The position numbers and the translations under genes are program-made. A stretch of 64,000 nt of DNA, from the NCBI RefSeq assembly GCF_045037415.1, contig NZ_CP173438.1; one strand, written 5' to 3'. Shown here one piece after another: positions 12,126-25,376 of this stretch (position 1 is its first letter; every line of letters starts with the position of its first letter). The notes under the pieces are model-generated. The model was not told the DNA's origin. It saw nothing but the letters and a program-made list of their open reading frames with translations, and did not search any database. The DNA comes from Escherichia coli (GTDB taxonomy: Bacteria; Pseudomonadota; Gammaproteobacteria; Enterobacterales; Enterobacteriaceae).

Positions 12126-14084
12126 ATGAGTCAAATTCACAAACACACCATTCCTGCCAACATCGCAGACCGTTGCCTGATAAACCCTCAGCAGTACGAG
12201 GCGATGTATCAACAATCTATTGACGCACCAGATACCTTCTGGGGCGAACAGGGAAAAATTCTCGACTGGATCACACCGTACCAGAAGGTGAAAAACACCT
12301 CCTTTGCCCCCGGTAATGTGTCCATTAAATGGTACGAGGACGGCACGCTGAATCTGGCGGCAAACTGCCTTGACCGCCATCTGCAAGAAAACGGCGATCG
12401 TACCGCCATCATCTGGGAAGGCGACGACGCCAGCCAGAGCAAACATATTAGCTATAAAGAGCTGCACCGCGACGTCTGCCGCTTCGCCAATACCCTGCTC
12501 GAACTGGGCATTAAAAAAGGTGACGTAGTTGCGATTTATATGCCGATGGTACCGGAAGCCGCGGTCGCGATGCTGGCCTGCGCCCGCATTGGCGCGGTAC
12601 ATTCGGTGATTTTCGGCGGCTTCTCGCCGGAAGCCGTTGCCGGACGCATTATCGACTCCAGTTCACGACTGGTGATCACTTCCGACGAAGGTGTGCGTGC
12701 CGGGCGTAGTATTCCGCTGAAGAAAAACGTTGATGACGCGCTGAAAAACCCGAACGTCACCAGCGTAGAGCATGTGGTGGTACTGAAGCGTACTGGCGGA
12801 AAAATTGACTGGCAGGAAGGGCGCGACCTGTGGTGGCACGACCTGGTTGAGCAAGCCAGCGATCAGCACCAGGCGGAAGAGATGAACGCCGAAGATCCGC
12901 TGTTTATTCTCTATACCTCCGGTTCTACCGGTAAGCCAAAAGGCGTGCTGCACACTACCGGCGGTTATCTGGTGTACGCGGCGCTGACCTTTAAATATGT
13001 CTTTGATTATCATCCGGGCGACATCTACTGGTGCACCGCCGATGTGGGCTGGGTTACCGGACACAGTTATTTGCTGTATGGCCCGCTGGCCTGCGGCGCG
13101 ACCACGCTGATGTTTGAAGGCGTACCGAACTGGCCGACGCCTGCCCGTATGGCGCAGGTGGTGGACAAGCATCAGGTCAATATTCTCTATACCGCGCCCA
13201 CGGCGATTCGCGCGCTGATGGCGGAAGGCGATAAAGCGATCGAAGGCACCGACCGTTCGTCGCTGCGCATTCTCGGTTCCGTGGGCGAGCCAATTAACCC
13301 GGAAGCGTGGGAGTGGTACTGGAAGAAGATCGGCAACGAGAAATGCCCGGTGGTCGACACCTGGTGGCAGACCGAAACTGGCGGTTTCATGATCACACCA
13401 CTGCCTGGCGCTACCGAGCTGAAAGCCGGTTCGGCAACACGTCCGTTCTTCGGCGTGCAACCGGCGCTGGTCGATAACGAAGGTAACCCGCTGAAGGGGG
13501 CCACCGAAGGCAGTCTGGTGATCACCGACTCCTGGCCGGGTCAGGCGCGTACGCTGTTTGGCGATCACGAACGTTTTGAGCAGACCTACTTCTCCACCTT
13601 CAAAAATATGTATTTCAGCGGCGACGGCGCGCGTCGTGATGAAGATGGCTATTACTGGATCACCGGGCGCGTGGACGACGTGCTGAACGTCTCCGGTCAC
13701 CGCCTGGGGACGGCAGAGATTGAGTCGGCGCTGGTGGCGCATCCGAAAATTGCCGAAGCCGCTGTGGTCGGTATTCCGCACAATATTAAAGGTCAGGCGA
13801 TCTACGCCTACGTCACGCTTAATCACGGGGAGGAACCGTCACCAGAACTGTACGCAGAAGTCCGCAACTGGGTGCGTAAAGAGATTGGCCCGCTGGCGAC
13901 GCCAGACGTGCTGCACTGGACCGACTCCCTGCCTAAAACCCGCTCCGGCAAAATTATGCGCCGTATTCTGCGCAAAATTGCGGCGGGCGATACCAGCAAC
14001 CTGGGCGATACCTCGACGCTTGCCGATCCTGGCGTAGTCGAGAAGCTGCTTGAAGAGAAGCAGGCCATCGCGATGCCATCGTAA
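12126..14084 (+). CDS. acs: Acetyl-CoA synthetase
   Basis: 652-aa ORF starting [31 protein letters not shown] with AMP-binding motif [11 protein letters not shown]. Confidence 0.96.
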   Translation: MSQIHKHTIPANIADRCLINPQQYEAMYQQSIDAPDTFWGEQGKILDWITPYQKVKNTSFAPGNVSIKWYEDGTLNLAANCLDRHLQENGDRTAIIWEGDDASQSKHISYKELHRDVCRFANTLLELGIKKGDVVAIYMPMVPEAAVAMLACARIGAVHSVIFGGFSPEAVAGRIIDSSSRLVITSDEGVRAGRSIPLKKNVDDALKNPNVTSVEHVVVLKRTGGKIDWQEGRDLWWHDLVEQASDQHQAEEMNAEDPLFILYTSGSTGKPKGVLHTTGGYLVYAALTFKYVFDYHPGDIYWCTADVGWVTGHSYLLYGPLACGATTLMFEGVPNWPTPARMAQVVDKHQVNILYTAPTAIRALMAEGDKAIEGTDRSSLRILGSVGEPINPEAWEWYWKKIGNEKCPVVDTWWQTETGGFMITPLPGATELKAGSATRPFFGVQPALVDNEGNPLKGATEGSLVITDSWPGQARTLFGDHERFEQTYFSTFKNMYFSGDGARRDEDGYYWITGRVDDVLNVSGHRLGTAEIESALVAHPKIAEAAVVGIPHNIKGQAIYAYVTLNHGEEPSPELYAEVRNWVRKEIGPLATPDVLHWTDSLPKTRSGKIMRRILRKIAAGDTSNLGDTSTLADPGVVEKLLEEKQAIAMPS

Positions 14085-14089
14085 CCCAC

Positions 14090-14215
14090 AATTGTCGGAT
14101 GCGCTCCGACCTACATCTGGCAACGGCTGTAGGTCGGATAAGATGCGCCAGCATCGCATCCGACAACAAGCGCCGGATGCGGCGTGAATGCCTTATCCGG
14201 CCTACATTCGGCAAG
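14090..14215. repeat. REP palindromic elements downstream of acs
   Basis: gtcggatgcgctccgacctac, ctgtaggtcggataag and gccggatgcggcgtgaatgccttatccggcctac motifs of the REP family. Confidence 0.7.
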
Positions 14216-14290
14216 GGTTACCCAAGCGTTAACCTTCTCCCATAAGGGAGCGGGAATTAAAACAATCCCTACATTACCTCTGGAGAATCT

Positions 14291-16254
<1,964 letters not shown>

Positions 16255-16292
16255 TCTCTCCCCTTCCCCGGTCGCTTGATCGGGGAATTTCT

Positions 16293-16982
16293 TCAGAACA
16301 TCATCCTGGCCACCAGCGGCGAAACCAATACCATCAATACACCTGAAAGCATCATGACCAGGCTTGCAACTACGCCTTCTTGTTGACCCAGTTCATACGA
16401 CCGCGCAGTCCCGGCACCATGAGATGCCGCGCCGAATCCAGCACCTTTCGCCATCCCTTCGCGAATAGAGAGACGTAAAAACAACACGTCGCCAATCGCC
16501 ATGCCAAACACACCGGTGACCACCACAAACAGCGCCACCAGATCAGGCTGTCCGCCGAGCGACTGGCTCGCTGCCAAAGCAAATGGCGTAGTGACCGAAC
16601 GCACCGCCAGGCTACGCTGGATCTCATCTGGCAGGGTAAACAATCGCGCCAGCCACACTGAGCTGGTCACTGCCACCACCGTTGCCGTCAGTACGCCTGC
16701 CGTCAACGACATCCAGTGACGCTTAATGATCGCCCGATTGTCATACACTGGTACCGCAAAGGCGATGGTGGCCGGACCTAATAGCCATAGTAACCAGTGC
16801 GCTTCGCCAATATAGTTTTGCCAGGAAATATTGCCAAAAACCAGCAGCATAACCAGTAGCGTAGGCGTCAGCACCAGAGGCATCAATGGCAATTTACGAA
16901 AGCGGCGATAAAGGCGTTTGTTAAGAAAATAGATAACTAGCGTAATTGCCAGACAGAGCATACTTAGCTGAAAATTAGCCAC
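16293..16982 (-). CDS. LrgB/CidB-family membrane protein
   Basis: 229-aa polytopic ORF with LrgB-like composition; 8-bp overlap with the upstream LrgA-like gene. Confidence 0.75.
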   Translation of the reverse strand: MANFQLSMLCLAITLVIYFLNKRLYRRFRKLPLMPLVLTPTLLVMLLVFGNISWQNYIGEAHWLLWLLGPATIAFAVPVYDNRAIIKRHWMSLTAGVLTATVVAVTSSVWLARLFTLPDEIQRSLAVRSVTTPFALAASQSLGGQPDLVALFVVVTGVFGMAIGDVLFLRLSIREGMAKGAGFGAASHGAGTARSYELGQQEGVVASLVMMLSGVLMVLVSPLVARMMF

Positions 16983-17385
16983 GGTTTAACCTGCGCATTT
17001 CATAGCGATAGACTTTTTCCACTACCCAGGCAGTCGTGCCCAGCACCATCACCGTACTCAGCGCGATCACAGCAAAAATACGCCAGCCATCCACCAGTAA
17101 TAGTTGTGCATAGTTCACCACAGCCACCACGGCAGGGACAAAAAACAGCAACATTTCGGCCAATAGCCAACGCGCCCCGGCTCGAACCCATTGCAGAGGA
17201 AGAATGCGACAAACAATCAGCGCCAGCATCAGGATCATCCCCACCAGGTTGGCAGGCAGCGGCAAATGCAGCCAGGAGACGAGATACTGCGCAAAAATAA
17301 ATAAACCTGCATACAGCACAACCTGAAAAAATACCTGGATAGATTGCACTACGGCAGGGGTAATGCGGCGAAGCGCCACGGGCAT
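16975..17385 (-). CDS. LrgA/CidA-family holin-like membrane protein
   Basis: 136-aa four-TM ORF, the usual size and partner arrangement of LrgA/CidA. Confidence 0.75.
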   Translation of the reverse strand: MPVALRRITPAVVQSIQVFFQVVLYAGLFIFAQYLVSWLHLPLPANLVGMILMLALIVCRILPLQWVRAGARWLLAEMLLFFVPAVVAVVNYAQLLLVDGWRIFAVIALSTVMVLGTTAWVVEKVYRYEMRRLNRG

Positions 17386-17488
17386 GAGAGGATATCCTGA
17401 AAATAAAACAGAATGGTAAGTATAGAGAGCGCTCGCCCCTGACTGAAATGAATTAAAATCATTGCAGGTATAGTCAAAGGGAATAGTT

Positions 17489-18373
17489 ATGGATATCAGA
17501 ACGCTGCGTTATTTTGTCGAAGTCGTGCGCCAGCAAAGCTTCACCCGCGCAGCGGAGAAGTTGTTTGTCACCCAACCAACTATCAGCAAGATGCTGAAGA
17601 ATCTCGAAGATGAGCTGAACTGTATATTGTTGATCCGCGATGGTCGTCGGCTGCTTCTCACTGATACTGGTCGCGTCGTATTTGAGCGCGGGCTGGCTTT
17701 ACTGGCTGAGTTTCGGCAACTGGAAGCTGAGCTTAGCGATATCAATCAGCTTAAAACCGGCGTTTTGCGGCTGGGAATCCCGCCGATGGTTGGGATGTTG
17801 ATGGCCGGGCCGATTGGCCTTTTTCGCCAGCGTTACCCCGGCGTAGAATTGAAAATTTCGGAGTTTGGTGGTCTGACGGTACAACAAGCGGTGATGAACG
17901 GTGAACTGGATATGGCACTGACAGCCCTGCCAGTAGAAGAAAGCGGCCTGACAACGTTATCGCTGTTTAGTCATCCACTATGTGTACTGACGCCACATTC
18001 AGGTAAATGGCTTGAATGTGATGCCGTCTCACCGGAGACATTGGCGGAACATCCTCTACTTATCTATAACGAAGATTTTGCCTTAAGTAAGCAATTGATG
18101 AAGTTATTCGATGAACATGGCGTTAAGCCGAGAATTGCAGTTCGCAGCGGGCAATGGGATTTTCTCGCCGCGATGGTTCAGGCCGGTGTCGGAATAGCCA
18201 TATTGCCGGAACCCATTTGCCAGCGATTAGATAAAAACACCTTAAAATGGCTACCGCTGGAAAGCGAACTAAGCTGGAAATTAGGAATGATTTGGCGTGA
18301 GGGCGTTTACCTTTCCCACTCTGCCCACGCGTGGCTGAGCTGTTGTGAAGGATACTGGTTAACGCCAGAGTAA
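17489..18373 (+). CDS. LysR-family transcriptional regulator
   Basis: N-terminal HTH MDIRTLRYFVEVVRQQSFTRAAEKLFVTQPTISKMLKNLEDEL; 294 aa; divergent from the lrgAB-like pair. Confidence 0.88.
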   Translation: MDIRTLRYFVEVVRQQSFTRAAEKLFVTQPTISKMLKNLEDELNCILLIRDGRRLLLTDTGRVVFERGLALLAEFRQLEAELSDINQLKTGVLRLGIPPMVGMLMAGPIGLFRQRYPGVELKISEFGGLTVQQAVMNGELDMALTALPVEESGLTTLSLFSHPLCVLTPHSGKWLECDAVSPETLAEHPLLIYNEDFALSKQLMKLFDEHGVKPRIAVRSGQWDFLAAMVQAGVGIAILPEPICQRLDKNTLKWLPLESELSWKLGMIWREGVYLSHSAHAWLSCCEGYWLTPE

Positions 18374-18408
18374 GTCGGGTTGGCGGGCTCGCCCGCCAAC
18401 CATGCAGA

Positions 18409-20058
18409 TTACTGATTTTCCTCAATCAGCAACGCTTCAAGCAAATCGAGATCGTGCAGTAATTTTTGCAGCGTTTCGTTACTGATCTCCCGCGTGGCGC
18501 GCAGGTGGTACAGTTCAGCACGTTCAGAACGCAATGCCGCCAGACGGAAGCGACGCTCCAGGTTCTCTTCCAGGATTGAACTTTCTACATCATTACGTCC
18601 ATCGGCGCGACGACGCAGGTTACCAATGACGCGAGAACTAACCTCTGTGAGCAGCTGGTTATCGATATTCTCTTCGGTATCCGCCGCCAAACGCTCCTCC
18701 ATTTTCTGGATCGCCACAATCGCCACTTCTGCCGTTGCCGCTCGTGCAATACGTTCCTCTTTCAATTGTTGCGAATGGTCCGCGACTTCTATGTGTTGTA
18801 GCAGAATAGGCAACATCACCACGCCGACAAACAACGAGAAGAGAATGACGCCAGCCGCCAGGAACACCAACTCATAGCGCGCAGGGAAGACGTTACCATC
18901 CGGCAAGAGAAGCGGGATAGAGAGCACACCGGCCAGAGTGATCGCCCCACGCACCCCGGCGAAAGACGCGATCAGGATTTCTCGTGTAGTCCACGAACCA
19001 AACTCCATCGGCTTCTTCTTCAGGAAGCGGTTGCTGAACTTTTTCATCGTCCACAGCCAGCCGAAACGGACCAGCATCAGCGCCGCATATATCAGAATAA
19101 TATCGGTAAACAGCATCCAGATTTCGACGTTAGGATCGATTTCTGCCGCCATCAGCGACGTCTCCAGAATCCCCGGCAACTGCAGACCTAACAGCAGGAA
19201 CACCATGCCGTTAAAGACAAATTCCAGCATCGCCCAGGTGCTGTTTGCGCGCAGGCGCATTGCCAGCGGCGCACGGCGCATCACACCGGAGCGGGTGATG
19301 GTCATCCCGGCGGCAACCGCAGCGAGGATGCCGGAAACGCCAATATGTTCCGCAATCAGATAAGAAGCGAATGGCAGCAAGAACAGCAGAACGATCTGCG
19401 TCGCGGGTTCATCACCGCCCCAGCGGCTGAGGAATCGCAGCGAGCGACCATACAGCCAGCTCACCACAAAACCGGCGAGAATACCGCCTATTGCCACTTT
19501 CATAAATTCGACCGTCGCACCGCCGACGGTGAAGATCATTGTCCCCATCGCCACTGCCACGGCAAACTTCAACGACACCAGGCCGGAGGCGTCATTCATC
19601 AACGCTTCGCCCTGCAAAATGCCCATGATTTTTTTCGGGATGCGCCCCTCGCCAACAATCCCGGAGAGCGCTACAGCATCGGTCGGAGAAAGCACCGCAG
19701 CCAGCGCAAAGGCGGGGATCAGCGGAATGCCCGGCACCACCCAGTAAATAAGGAAGCCAATGCCGACCACGGTGACCACCACCAGCGCCAGCGCGAGGCC
19801 GAAAATCTCTCGCCCATGTTCGAGAAATTCACGGGTCGGCGTTTTCCAACCATCAGCGAACAGCAACGGCGGGATAAACAAGACTAAAAAGAGTTCAGGA
19901 TCAAACTCCACATGCAAACCAAACGTCGGCCACGCCAGTAGCGCACCGATGGCGATTTGCATAAGCGGAAGCGGGATCTGAAAGGGCATGACACGAGTGA
20001 CCACCCCGGACAGCGAGACCACGAGGGTCATTATCAGTATGGTGAAGAAGATTTCCAT
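18409..20058 (-). CDS. yjcE: Na+/H+ exchanger family (CPA1) membrane protein YjcE
   Basis: 549-aa polytopic ORF with hydrophilic C-terminal tail; position between actP region and ghxP. Confidence 0.82.
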   Translation of the reverse strand: MEIFFTILIMTLVVSLSGVVTRVMPFQIPLPLMQIAIGALLAWPTFGLHVEFDPELFLVLFIPPLLFADGWKTPTREFLEHGREIFGLALALVVVTVVGIGFLIYWVVPGIPLIPAFALAAVLSPTDAVALSGIVGEGRIPKKIMGILQGEALMNDASGLVSLKFAVAVAMGTMIFTVGGATVEFMKVAIGGILAGFVVSWLYGRSLRFLSRWGGDEPATQIVLLFLLPFASYLIAEHIGVSGILAAVAAGMTITRSGVMRRAPLAMRLRANSTWAMLEFVFNGMVFLLLGLQLPGILETSLMAAEIDPNVEIWMLFTDIILIYAALMLVRFGWLWTMKKFSNRFLKKKPMEFGSWTTREILIASFAGVRGAITLAGVLSIPLLLPDGNVFPARYELVFLAAGVILFSLFVGVVMLPILLQHIEVADHSQQLKEERIARAATAEVAIVAIQKMEERLAADTEENIDNQLLTEVSSRVIGNLRRRADGRNDVESSILEENLERRFRLAALRSERAELYHLRATREISNETLQKLLHDLDLLEALLIEENQ

Positions 20059-20208
20059 GCGTTCCCTGTTTGCGATGTTTTTTATGATCTGAGAAAGGCG
20101 TTATGCCTGAATTCTCATTTTTTCAGAATATCGCAAAAGCTCACACAATGTGCGGAGAAAATAAAAACGGGCAGCCATTGCCACCCGTTTTCAGAATCCT
20201 ATGTAAGA

Positions 20209-21558
20209 TTAGATAGCCCAGCCACCCGCATAGAAGGTCACCAGCGCCACGGCAATAACGACCGTACCGATGTTCAACTTGCGCCATTCGCCGGAAACCA
20301 GACGACCAATCACCAGAGTCGCGAAGCCAATCATGATGCCTGTTACGATGTTACAGGTCAGCACGATGAATACCGCCGTAACCAGACCCGCCATCGCATC
20401 AACAAAATCAGCAAAGTCGATTTTCGCCACGTTGCTCAGCATCAGCAGGCCAACGTACATCAGCGCCGGAGCCGTTGCGTACCCCGGAACGAGGTAAGAG
20501 AGCGGAGAGAGGAACAGAATCAGCAGGAACAGCACGCCAACGGTGATAGCCGTCAAACCGGTTTTACCGCCCGCCGCCGTACCCGCCGCAGACTCGATGT
20601 ATACCGCTGCCGGAGCTGCACCCACCAGGCCAGAAAAAACGCTGCTCATGGAGTCGGTGGTCAGTGCTTTCCCGCCGTCGATGATCTGCCCATCTTTATC
20701 CAGCAGGTTCGCCTGACCGGCGACGGCACGGATAGTTCCGGTGGCATCAAATACTGCCGTCATCACCAGTGCCAGAACACTTGGCAGGACTACAGGATTC
20801 AGCGCGCCCATAATGTCCAGGCTGCCTATCAGTGAATTGCCGTTTTCATCGCTCAATGAAGGCATGGCGAAAACGCCGGAGAAATGGACGTTAGGATCGA
20901 AGATCAAACCGACAATTGAGATACCGATAATGGTCAGCAGAATGCCGCCAGGGACTTTCAGTTTTTCCAGGCCGATAATCACTGCCAGCCCCACCAACGA
21001 CATCATCACCGGAAAGGTCGTAAAATCCCCCAGCGCGACGGGCAGACCATCAAGCGGGTTTTTAATCACCAGACCGACACCATTAGCGGCAATGAGCAGC
21101 AGGAACAGACCGATACCAATCCCCGTGCCGTGCGCCACACCGTGCGGCAAGTTGCGCAAAATCCAGCTACGGATACCCGTGGCAGAAATTACCGTAAACA
21201 GCACACCCATCAGGAACACGGCACCCAGCGCGACAGGTACGCTAATATGTTGCCCCAGCACCAGACTGAATGCGGTAAACGCCGTCAGAGAGATGGCGCA
21301 ACCAATCGCCAACGGCAGATTAGCCCACAGACCCATCACGATAGAACCGAGTCCGGCAACCAGACAGGTTGCAACGAAAACTGCCGCAGGCGGGAAGCCC
21401 GCTTTACCCAACATGCCTGGAACGACGATAACCGAGTAGACCATCGCCAGAAACGTTGTTAACCCGGCAACCACTTCCTGACGGACAGTGCTTCCACGTT
21501 GTGAAATTTTAAACCAGGCGTCGAGTGAACCGCCGGTACGCGCTGATGGCGTAGACAT
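20209..21558 (-). CDS. ghxP: Guanine/hypoxanthine permease (NCS2/AzgA family)
   Basis: 449-aa polytopic ORF starting [29 protein letters not shown], AzgA-like purine permease (K-12 yjcD). Confidence 0.82.
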   Translation of the reverse strand: MSTPSARTGGSLDAWFKISQRGSTVRQEVVAGLTTFLAMVYSVIVVPGMLGKAGFPPAAVFVATCLVAGLGSIVMGLWANLPLAIGCAISLTAFTAFSLVLGQHISVPVALGAVFLMGVLFTVISATGIRSWILRNLPHGVAHGTGIGIGLFLLLIAANGVGLVIKNPLDGLPVALGDFTTFPVMMSLVGLAVIIGLEKLKVPGGILLTIIGISIVGLIFDPNVHFSGVFAMPSLSDENGNSLIGSLDIMGALNPVVLPSVLALVMTAVFDATGTIRAVAGQANLLDKDGQIIDGGKALTTDSMSSVFSGLVGAAPAAVYIESAAGTAAGGKTGLTAITVGVLFLLILFLSPLSYLVPGYATAPALMYVGLLMLSNVAKIDFADFVDAMAGLVTAVFIVLTCNIVTGIMIGFATLVIGRLVSGEWRKLNIGTVVIAVALVTFYAGGWAI

Positions 21559-21966
21559 AAGAAAACATCCCCTGAGAGTTTAATTTTCGTCAAGATGCGT
21601 GGCGGACAATCCCCTGCCAGCGAAACGTTATCTTCCTGCTCCAGGTTTGCGACAATTTGCTGCGTCGCAAAAAAAGCAAACGTTTAGCTCCGCGCATACA
21701 AAACGGGTGGTAAAAAAAGCAAACGATTATCCGGCGATCATAGCGGCTTTTTCAACCGAAGTTTGCTGCTTTTTTCTCTTTTATTGTCTTGACGATGAAA
21801 AACCAGGCAATTGATGCGCAAACGTTATCGTCGATGCGCAAGATTGCAGCGTTATCGAGCCGTATACCGTTCAGGATTGCGATAAAAAATCGTCTGAGAT
21901 GACAAAAATATTGCGGCTAAAAAGTGTACTTTTACACTGGCGAAGAAACGCCGGTAACATACAATT

Positions 21967-22110
21967 AAAGCATCAACACCAACCGGAACCTCCACCACGT
22001 GCTCGAATGAGGTGTGTTGACGTCGGGGGAAACCCTCCTGTGTACCAGCGGGATAGAGAGAAAGACAAAGACCGGAAAACAAACTAAAGCGCCCTTGTGG
22101 CGCTTTAGTT
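21967..22110 (+). ncRNA. ryjA: Candidate small RNA (position and size consistent with RyjA)
   Basis: Sigma-70-like promoter TTACAC-17bp-TAACAT at 21932-21960, then ~140 nt ending in a hairpin aaagcgcc-cttgt-ggcgcttt plus T-run at 22083-22110; no coding signal. Confidence 0.4.
22083..22110 (+). terminator. Rho-independent terminator hairpin at the soxR 3' end (probably bidirectional)
   Basis: 8-bp GC-rich stem aaagcgcc/ggcgcttt, 5-nt loop, followed by agttttgtt. Confidence 0.5.
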
Positions 22111-22569
22111 TTGTTCATCTTCCAGTAAGCGTGCGCCGGTACCTTCTTCTCCTAAGCGGTCGCCCGGGTTACGCAACGGGCAATCACTGCGCGAAAGGCA
22201 GCCACAACCAATACATCCATCCAGTTCGTCACGCAGCGCCACTAAGGTATGAATGCGCCGATCCAACTCTTCTCGCCATTGGGACGAAAGCTGTTTCCAC
22301 TCTTTCGCACTTAACGTATGCCCTTCTGGCAACACGCCAAACGCTTCACGAATGGTTGCGAGCGGAATGCCAATACGCTGAGCAATTTTGATAATTGCGA
22401 CATATCGCAACACATCACGTTTATATCGCCGCTGATTGCCGCTATTACGGATACTGGTAATCAACCCTTTGCTTTCATAGAAATGCAGCGCCGATACCGC
22501 CACACCGCTGCGTTTCGCCACTTCGCCGGGTGTTAGCAGCGCTTTAATGCGGGGTAATTTCTTTTCCAT
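22105..22569 (-). CDS. soxR: Redox-sensitive MerR-family activator SoxR
   Basis: 154-aa ORF with MerR HTH and C-terminal [2Fe-2S] cluster motif [12 protein letters not shown]. Confidence 0.96.
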   Translation of the reverse strand: MEKKLPRIKALLTPGEVAKRSGVAVSALHFYESKGLITSIRNSGNQRRYKRDVLRYVAIIKIAQRIGIPLATIREAFGVLPEGHTLSAKEWKQLSSQWREELDRRIHTLVALRDELDGCIGCGCLSRSDCPLRNPGDRLGEEGTGARLLEDEQN

Positions 22570-22580
22570 AAATCGCTTTA

Positions 22581-22598
22581 CCTCAAGTTAACTTGAGG
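22581..22598. promoter_or_regulatory. SoxR operator in the soxS promoter
   Basis: Perfect 18-bp palindrome CCTCAAGTTAACTTGAGG between divergent soxR and soxS starts. Confidence 0.8.
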
Positions 22599-22654
22599 AA
22601 TTATACTCCCCAACAGATGAATTAACGAACTGAACACTGAAAAGAGGCAGATTT

Positions 22655-22978
22655 ATGTCCCATCAGAAAATTATTCAGGATCTTATCGCATGGATTGACG
22701 AGCATATTGACCAGCCGCTTAACATTGATGTCGTCGCAAAAAAATCTGGCTATTCAAAGTGGTACTTGCAACGGATGTTCCGCACGGTGACGCATCAGAC
22801 GCTTGGCGATTACATTCGCCAGCGCCGTCTGTTACTGGCCGCCGTTGAGTTGCGCACCACCGAGCGTCCGATTTTTGATATCGCAATGGACCTGGGTTAT
22901 GTCTCTCAGCAGACCTTCTCCCGCGTTTTCCGTCGGCAGTTTGATCGCACTCCCAGCGATTATCGCCACCGCCTGTAG
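22655..22978 (+). CDS. soxS: AraC-family superoxide response regulator SoxS
   Basis: 107-aa ORF MSHQKIIQDLIAWIDEHIDQPLNIDVVAKKSGYSKWYLQRMFR recognised as SoxS. Confidence 0.96.
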   Translation: MSHQKIIQDLIAWIDEHIDQPLNIDVVAKKSGYSKWYLQRMFRTVTHQTLGDYIRQRRLLLAAVELRTTERPIFDIAMDLGYVSQQTFSRVFRRQFDRTPSDYRHRL

Positions 22979-22980
22979 TT

Positions 22981-24567
22981 TTATTGCCCGCGCGTTAATT
23001 CCCGCGCGGGTAATTGCTCCATCCATTGCATAAACACCTGCGGCGGCATCGCCTTCGCGAAGAACCATCCCTGGCAATAGCGCACGCCGCGTTTGCGCAG
23101 CCAGTTAACCTGCGCCTCAGTTTCGACACCTTCAGCAATCGTTTTTAACCCCAGGCTGTGCGCCAGCTCGATGATGTGTTCCGCAATCAAATGACTGGTT
23201 TTGTGGGTGGTCAGCGTCTCAACAAACGATTTATCGATTTTCAAAATATCGACATTCAATGATTTAAGGTTATGCAAGTTAGAGTAGCCAATACCAAAAT
23301 CATCAATTGCCACTTCGTAACCGGCCTTGCGGAAAGCCAGAATAATCGGCGTCATTTTGTCGACATCAAGAAATGCATGTTCAGTCACTTCAAATTTAAT
23401 TTGCTGCGGGCGCACCGCATGTTGCTCTGTTTTCTGATTGGTTCGCGCTATCAACCGTGAGGTATGAAAATCGGAGGCTGACAGGTTAATAGAAACATAG
23501 CGATCGGCATGTGTTGCCAGATACGCGCCCAAATCGCGGAAGACATTATCAATAACATAATCAGTTACCTGTTCGATCATCCCCTCCTTTTCTGCCAGCG
23601 GAATAAACTCTGCCGGATTCATTACTTGCCCCTGCTCACCGGGCCAACGTAACAACGCTTCAGCGCCGATACATTTTTCTGTTTTGATATCGATTATTGG
23701 CTGGTAATAAAGGAAAAGTTGATGTTTTTCGAGGGCGCGTTGCAATTTGCGTTTGGGAGACAAATAGTTTTGTCGAATACGTAGCCAGAGTAATAGCAGA
23801 ACAAGACTCCCCAAAATACCGGCGGGCAACGCAAAAATAAGATGATTATAAAAATGGGTTATAAGACGTTGATATGAAGTCGCAACAATGGCCGCAATTG
23901 GGCGTTTTGTCGAATAAACTGTCGCATATAAATAGCCATTTCGTTGTACGGTTAAATCATTCAAACGAATCAGCGGAGAAAACGTTGCTGCCGAGGCCTC
24001 GTTGCTTAACGAGAAAAAGGTTTTCGTCACCGTATCATACACACCCCATTGCAATGTCGGATCATCAGACATCACTTCACTCCAGAAGAGAGGGTTAATG
24101 ACCGCTACATAATTCCCCCGCTGCATATAGGTCATTTTATAGCCTGAGAAAAAAGGCGTATCACGGTAATAATAGATAGAAACGTTAGGTTCACGCTTAT
24201 AATCGGCCGGTGCAATCGTATAGCCATTTACAGACGCTATCAGCGATGAGCATAAAAAATGGTTATCACGAGCATAAATCAATTCATTAATATAAAGATA
24301 GCCACGAATAATATTCAACATTCGCTTTTGATGGGCTGGAGTGCAAACTTGCCCCTGATAGCGTTCAGCTGCATCGCTCACTAAATCTGCCTGACGAATG
24401 ACCAGCTCAGATTTATCCAACGCCAGCTGAGCAAAAGTTCGGAGCTGATTATTCACTTCTGATTTTGCCCAAAAGAAGGCAATCCATAGCGACAGAATGA
24501 TGGGAAAGAGAACTAAAAAGATAATGCCCGGAAACGCCAGTAATTGGTGTCGTGCACGATGACTCAT
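22981..24567 (-). CDS. pdeC: Membrane-anchored c-di-GMP phosphodiesterase (CSS-motif sensor plus EAL domain)
   Basis: Start at MSHRAR (528 aa); N-terminal TM and periplasmic domain, C-terminal EAL domain (YQPIIDI, EALLRW); K-12 yjcC. Confidence 0.8.
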   Translation of the reverse strand: MSHRARHQLLAFPGIIFLVLFPIILSLWIAFFWAKSEVNNQLRTFAQLALDKSELVIRQADLVSDAAERYQGQVCTPAHQKRMLNIIRGYLYINELIYARDNHFLCSSLIASVNGYTIAPADYKREPNVSIYYYRDTPFFSGYKMTYMQRGNYVAVINPLFWSEVMSDDPTLQWGVYDTVTKTFFSLSNEASAATFSPLIRLNDLTVQRNGYLYATVYSTKRPIAAIVATSYQRLITHFYNHLIFALPAGILGSLVLLLLWLRIRQNYLSPKRKLQRALEKHQLFLYYQPIIDIKTEKCIGAEALLRWPGEQGQVMNPAEFIPLAEKEGMIEQVTDYVIDNVFRDLGAYLATHADRYVSINLSASDFHTSRLIARTNQKTEQHAVRPQQIKFEVTEHAFLDVDKMTPIILAFRKAGYEVAIDDFGIGYSNLHNLKSLNVDILKIDKSFVETLTTHKTSHLIAEHIIELAHSLGLKTIAEGVETEAQVNWLRKRGVRYCQGWFFAKAMPPQVFMQWMEQLPARELTRGQ

Positions 24568-24996
24568 TGCTATCAATTCCCTGCCTGTTTATACCCGGTT
24601 ATTGCAAGGTGAAACCCTGGCTACCGACGTCTTTAGATAAATCTTACGGTATAAATAGCACTTTTGCCTGATATAAAATTGAGAACCTTTTTAATCGTCA
24701 CCAGGATGACGATAATTCATTGATCTTAAAAATTAATCACCTTCAGGAATGCAGAGGCGGCGGGAAGATATACCCTTAATGCCGCTGAAAAAACACATAA
24801 TCTGTACGGCAATAAAAGTCACGGCCTAATCTGGCTAACAAACAACCAATTGTGATATAGTTCACAAAATTCATGAAACAAACAGAGTGTTTCATTTTTG
24901 TGTTCTGCAAGCCCCGCGATAGCCAGAGTGTATCACGCCTCCCGTGAACAACGCCGCGCTGTCCAGGGCATCAGCTCTTTTTCGAGGAATTGTTTG

Positions 24997-25278
24997 ATGG
25001 CTACCCTCACCACTGGCGTGGTTCTTCTTCGCTGGCAACTTCTTAGTGCCGTAATGATGTTTCTGGCCAGCACGCTCAACATCCGTTTTCGTCGGGCTGA
25101 TTATGTCGGGCTTGCAGTGATCAGCAGCGGTTTGGGCGTAGTTTCCGCCTGCTGGTTCGCAATGGGGTTGCTTGGCATCACAATGGCGGATATCACCGCC
25201 ATCTGGCACAACATCGAGTCGGTGATGATAGAAGAGATGAATCAGACACCGCCACAATGGCCAATGATTTTGACTTGA
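24997..25278 (+). CDS. yjcB: Small membrane protein YjcB
   Basis: 93-aa ORF from MATLTTGVVLLRWQLL; followed by a strong terminator. Confidence 0.6.
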   Translation: MATLTTGVVLLRWQLLSAVMMFLASTLNIRFRRADYVGLAVISSGLGVVSACWFAMGLLGITMADITAIWHNIESVMIEEMNQTPPQWPMILT

Positions 25279-25284
25279 TATGTA

Positions 25285-25314
25285 GAAGCCTCCATAACGG
25301 AGGCTTCTTTTTTA
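25285..25314 (+). terminator. Rho-independent terminator downstream of yjcB
   Basis: Stem gaagcctcc/ggaggcttc with 5-nt loop followed by ttttttat. Confidence 0.6.
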
Positions 25315-25376
25315 TGGCTGGCAGATGCTTTAATCATCCACCTTAAAACAATATACCCTATTGTTTTAAAGACAAA

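Noticed and set aside
12663-13826. 387-aa minus-strand ORF inside acs
   Set aside because: Antisense shadow ORF of a highly expressed GC-rich gene; Arg/Gly-rich low-complexity translation, no start context; acs on the plus strand is unambiguous.
19345-21462. Several 110-290-aa plus-strand ORFs across yjcE and ghxP
   Set aside because: Antisense to two polytopic permease genes; His/Arg/Gln-rich translations typical of reverse-strand reading of membrane-protein genes.
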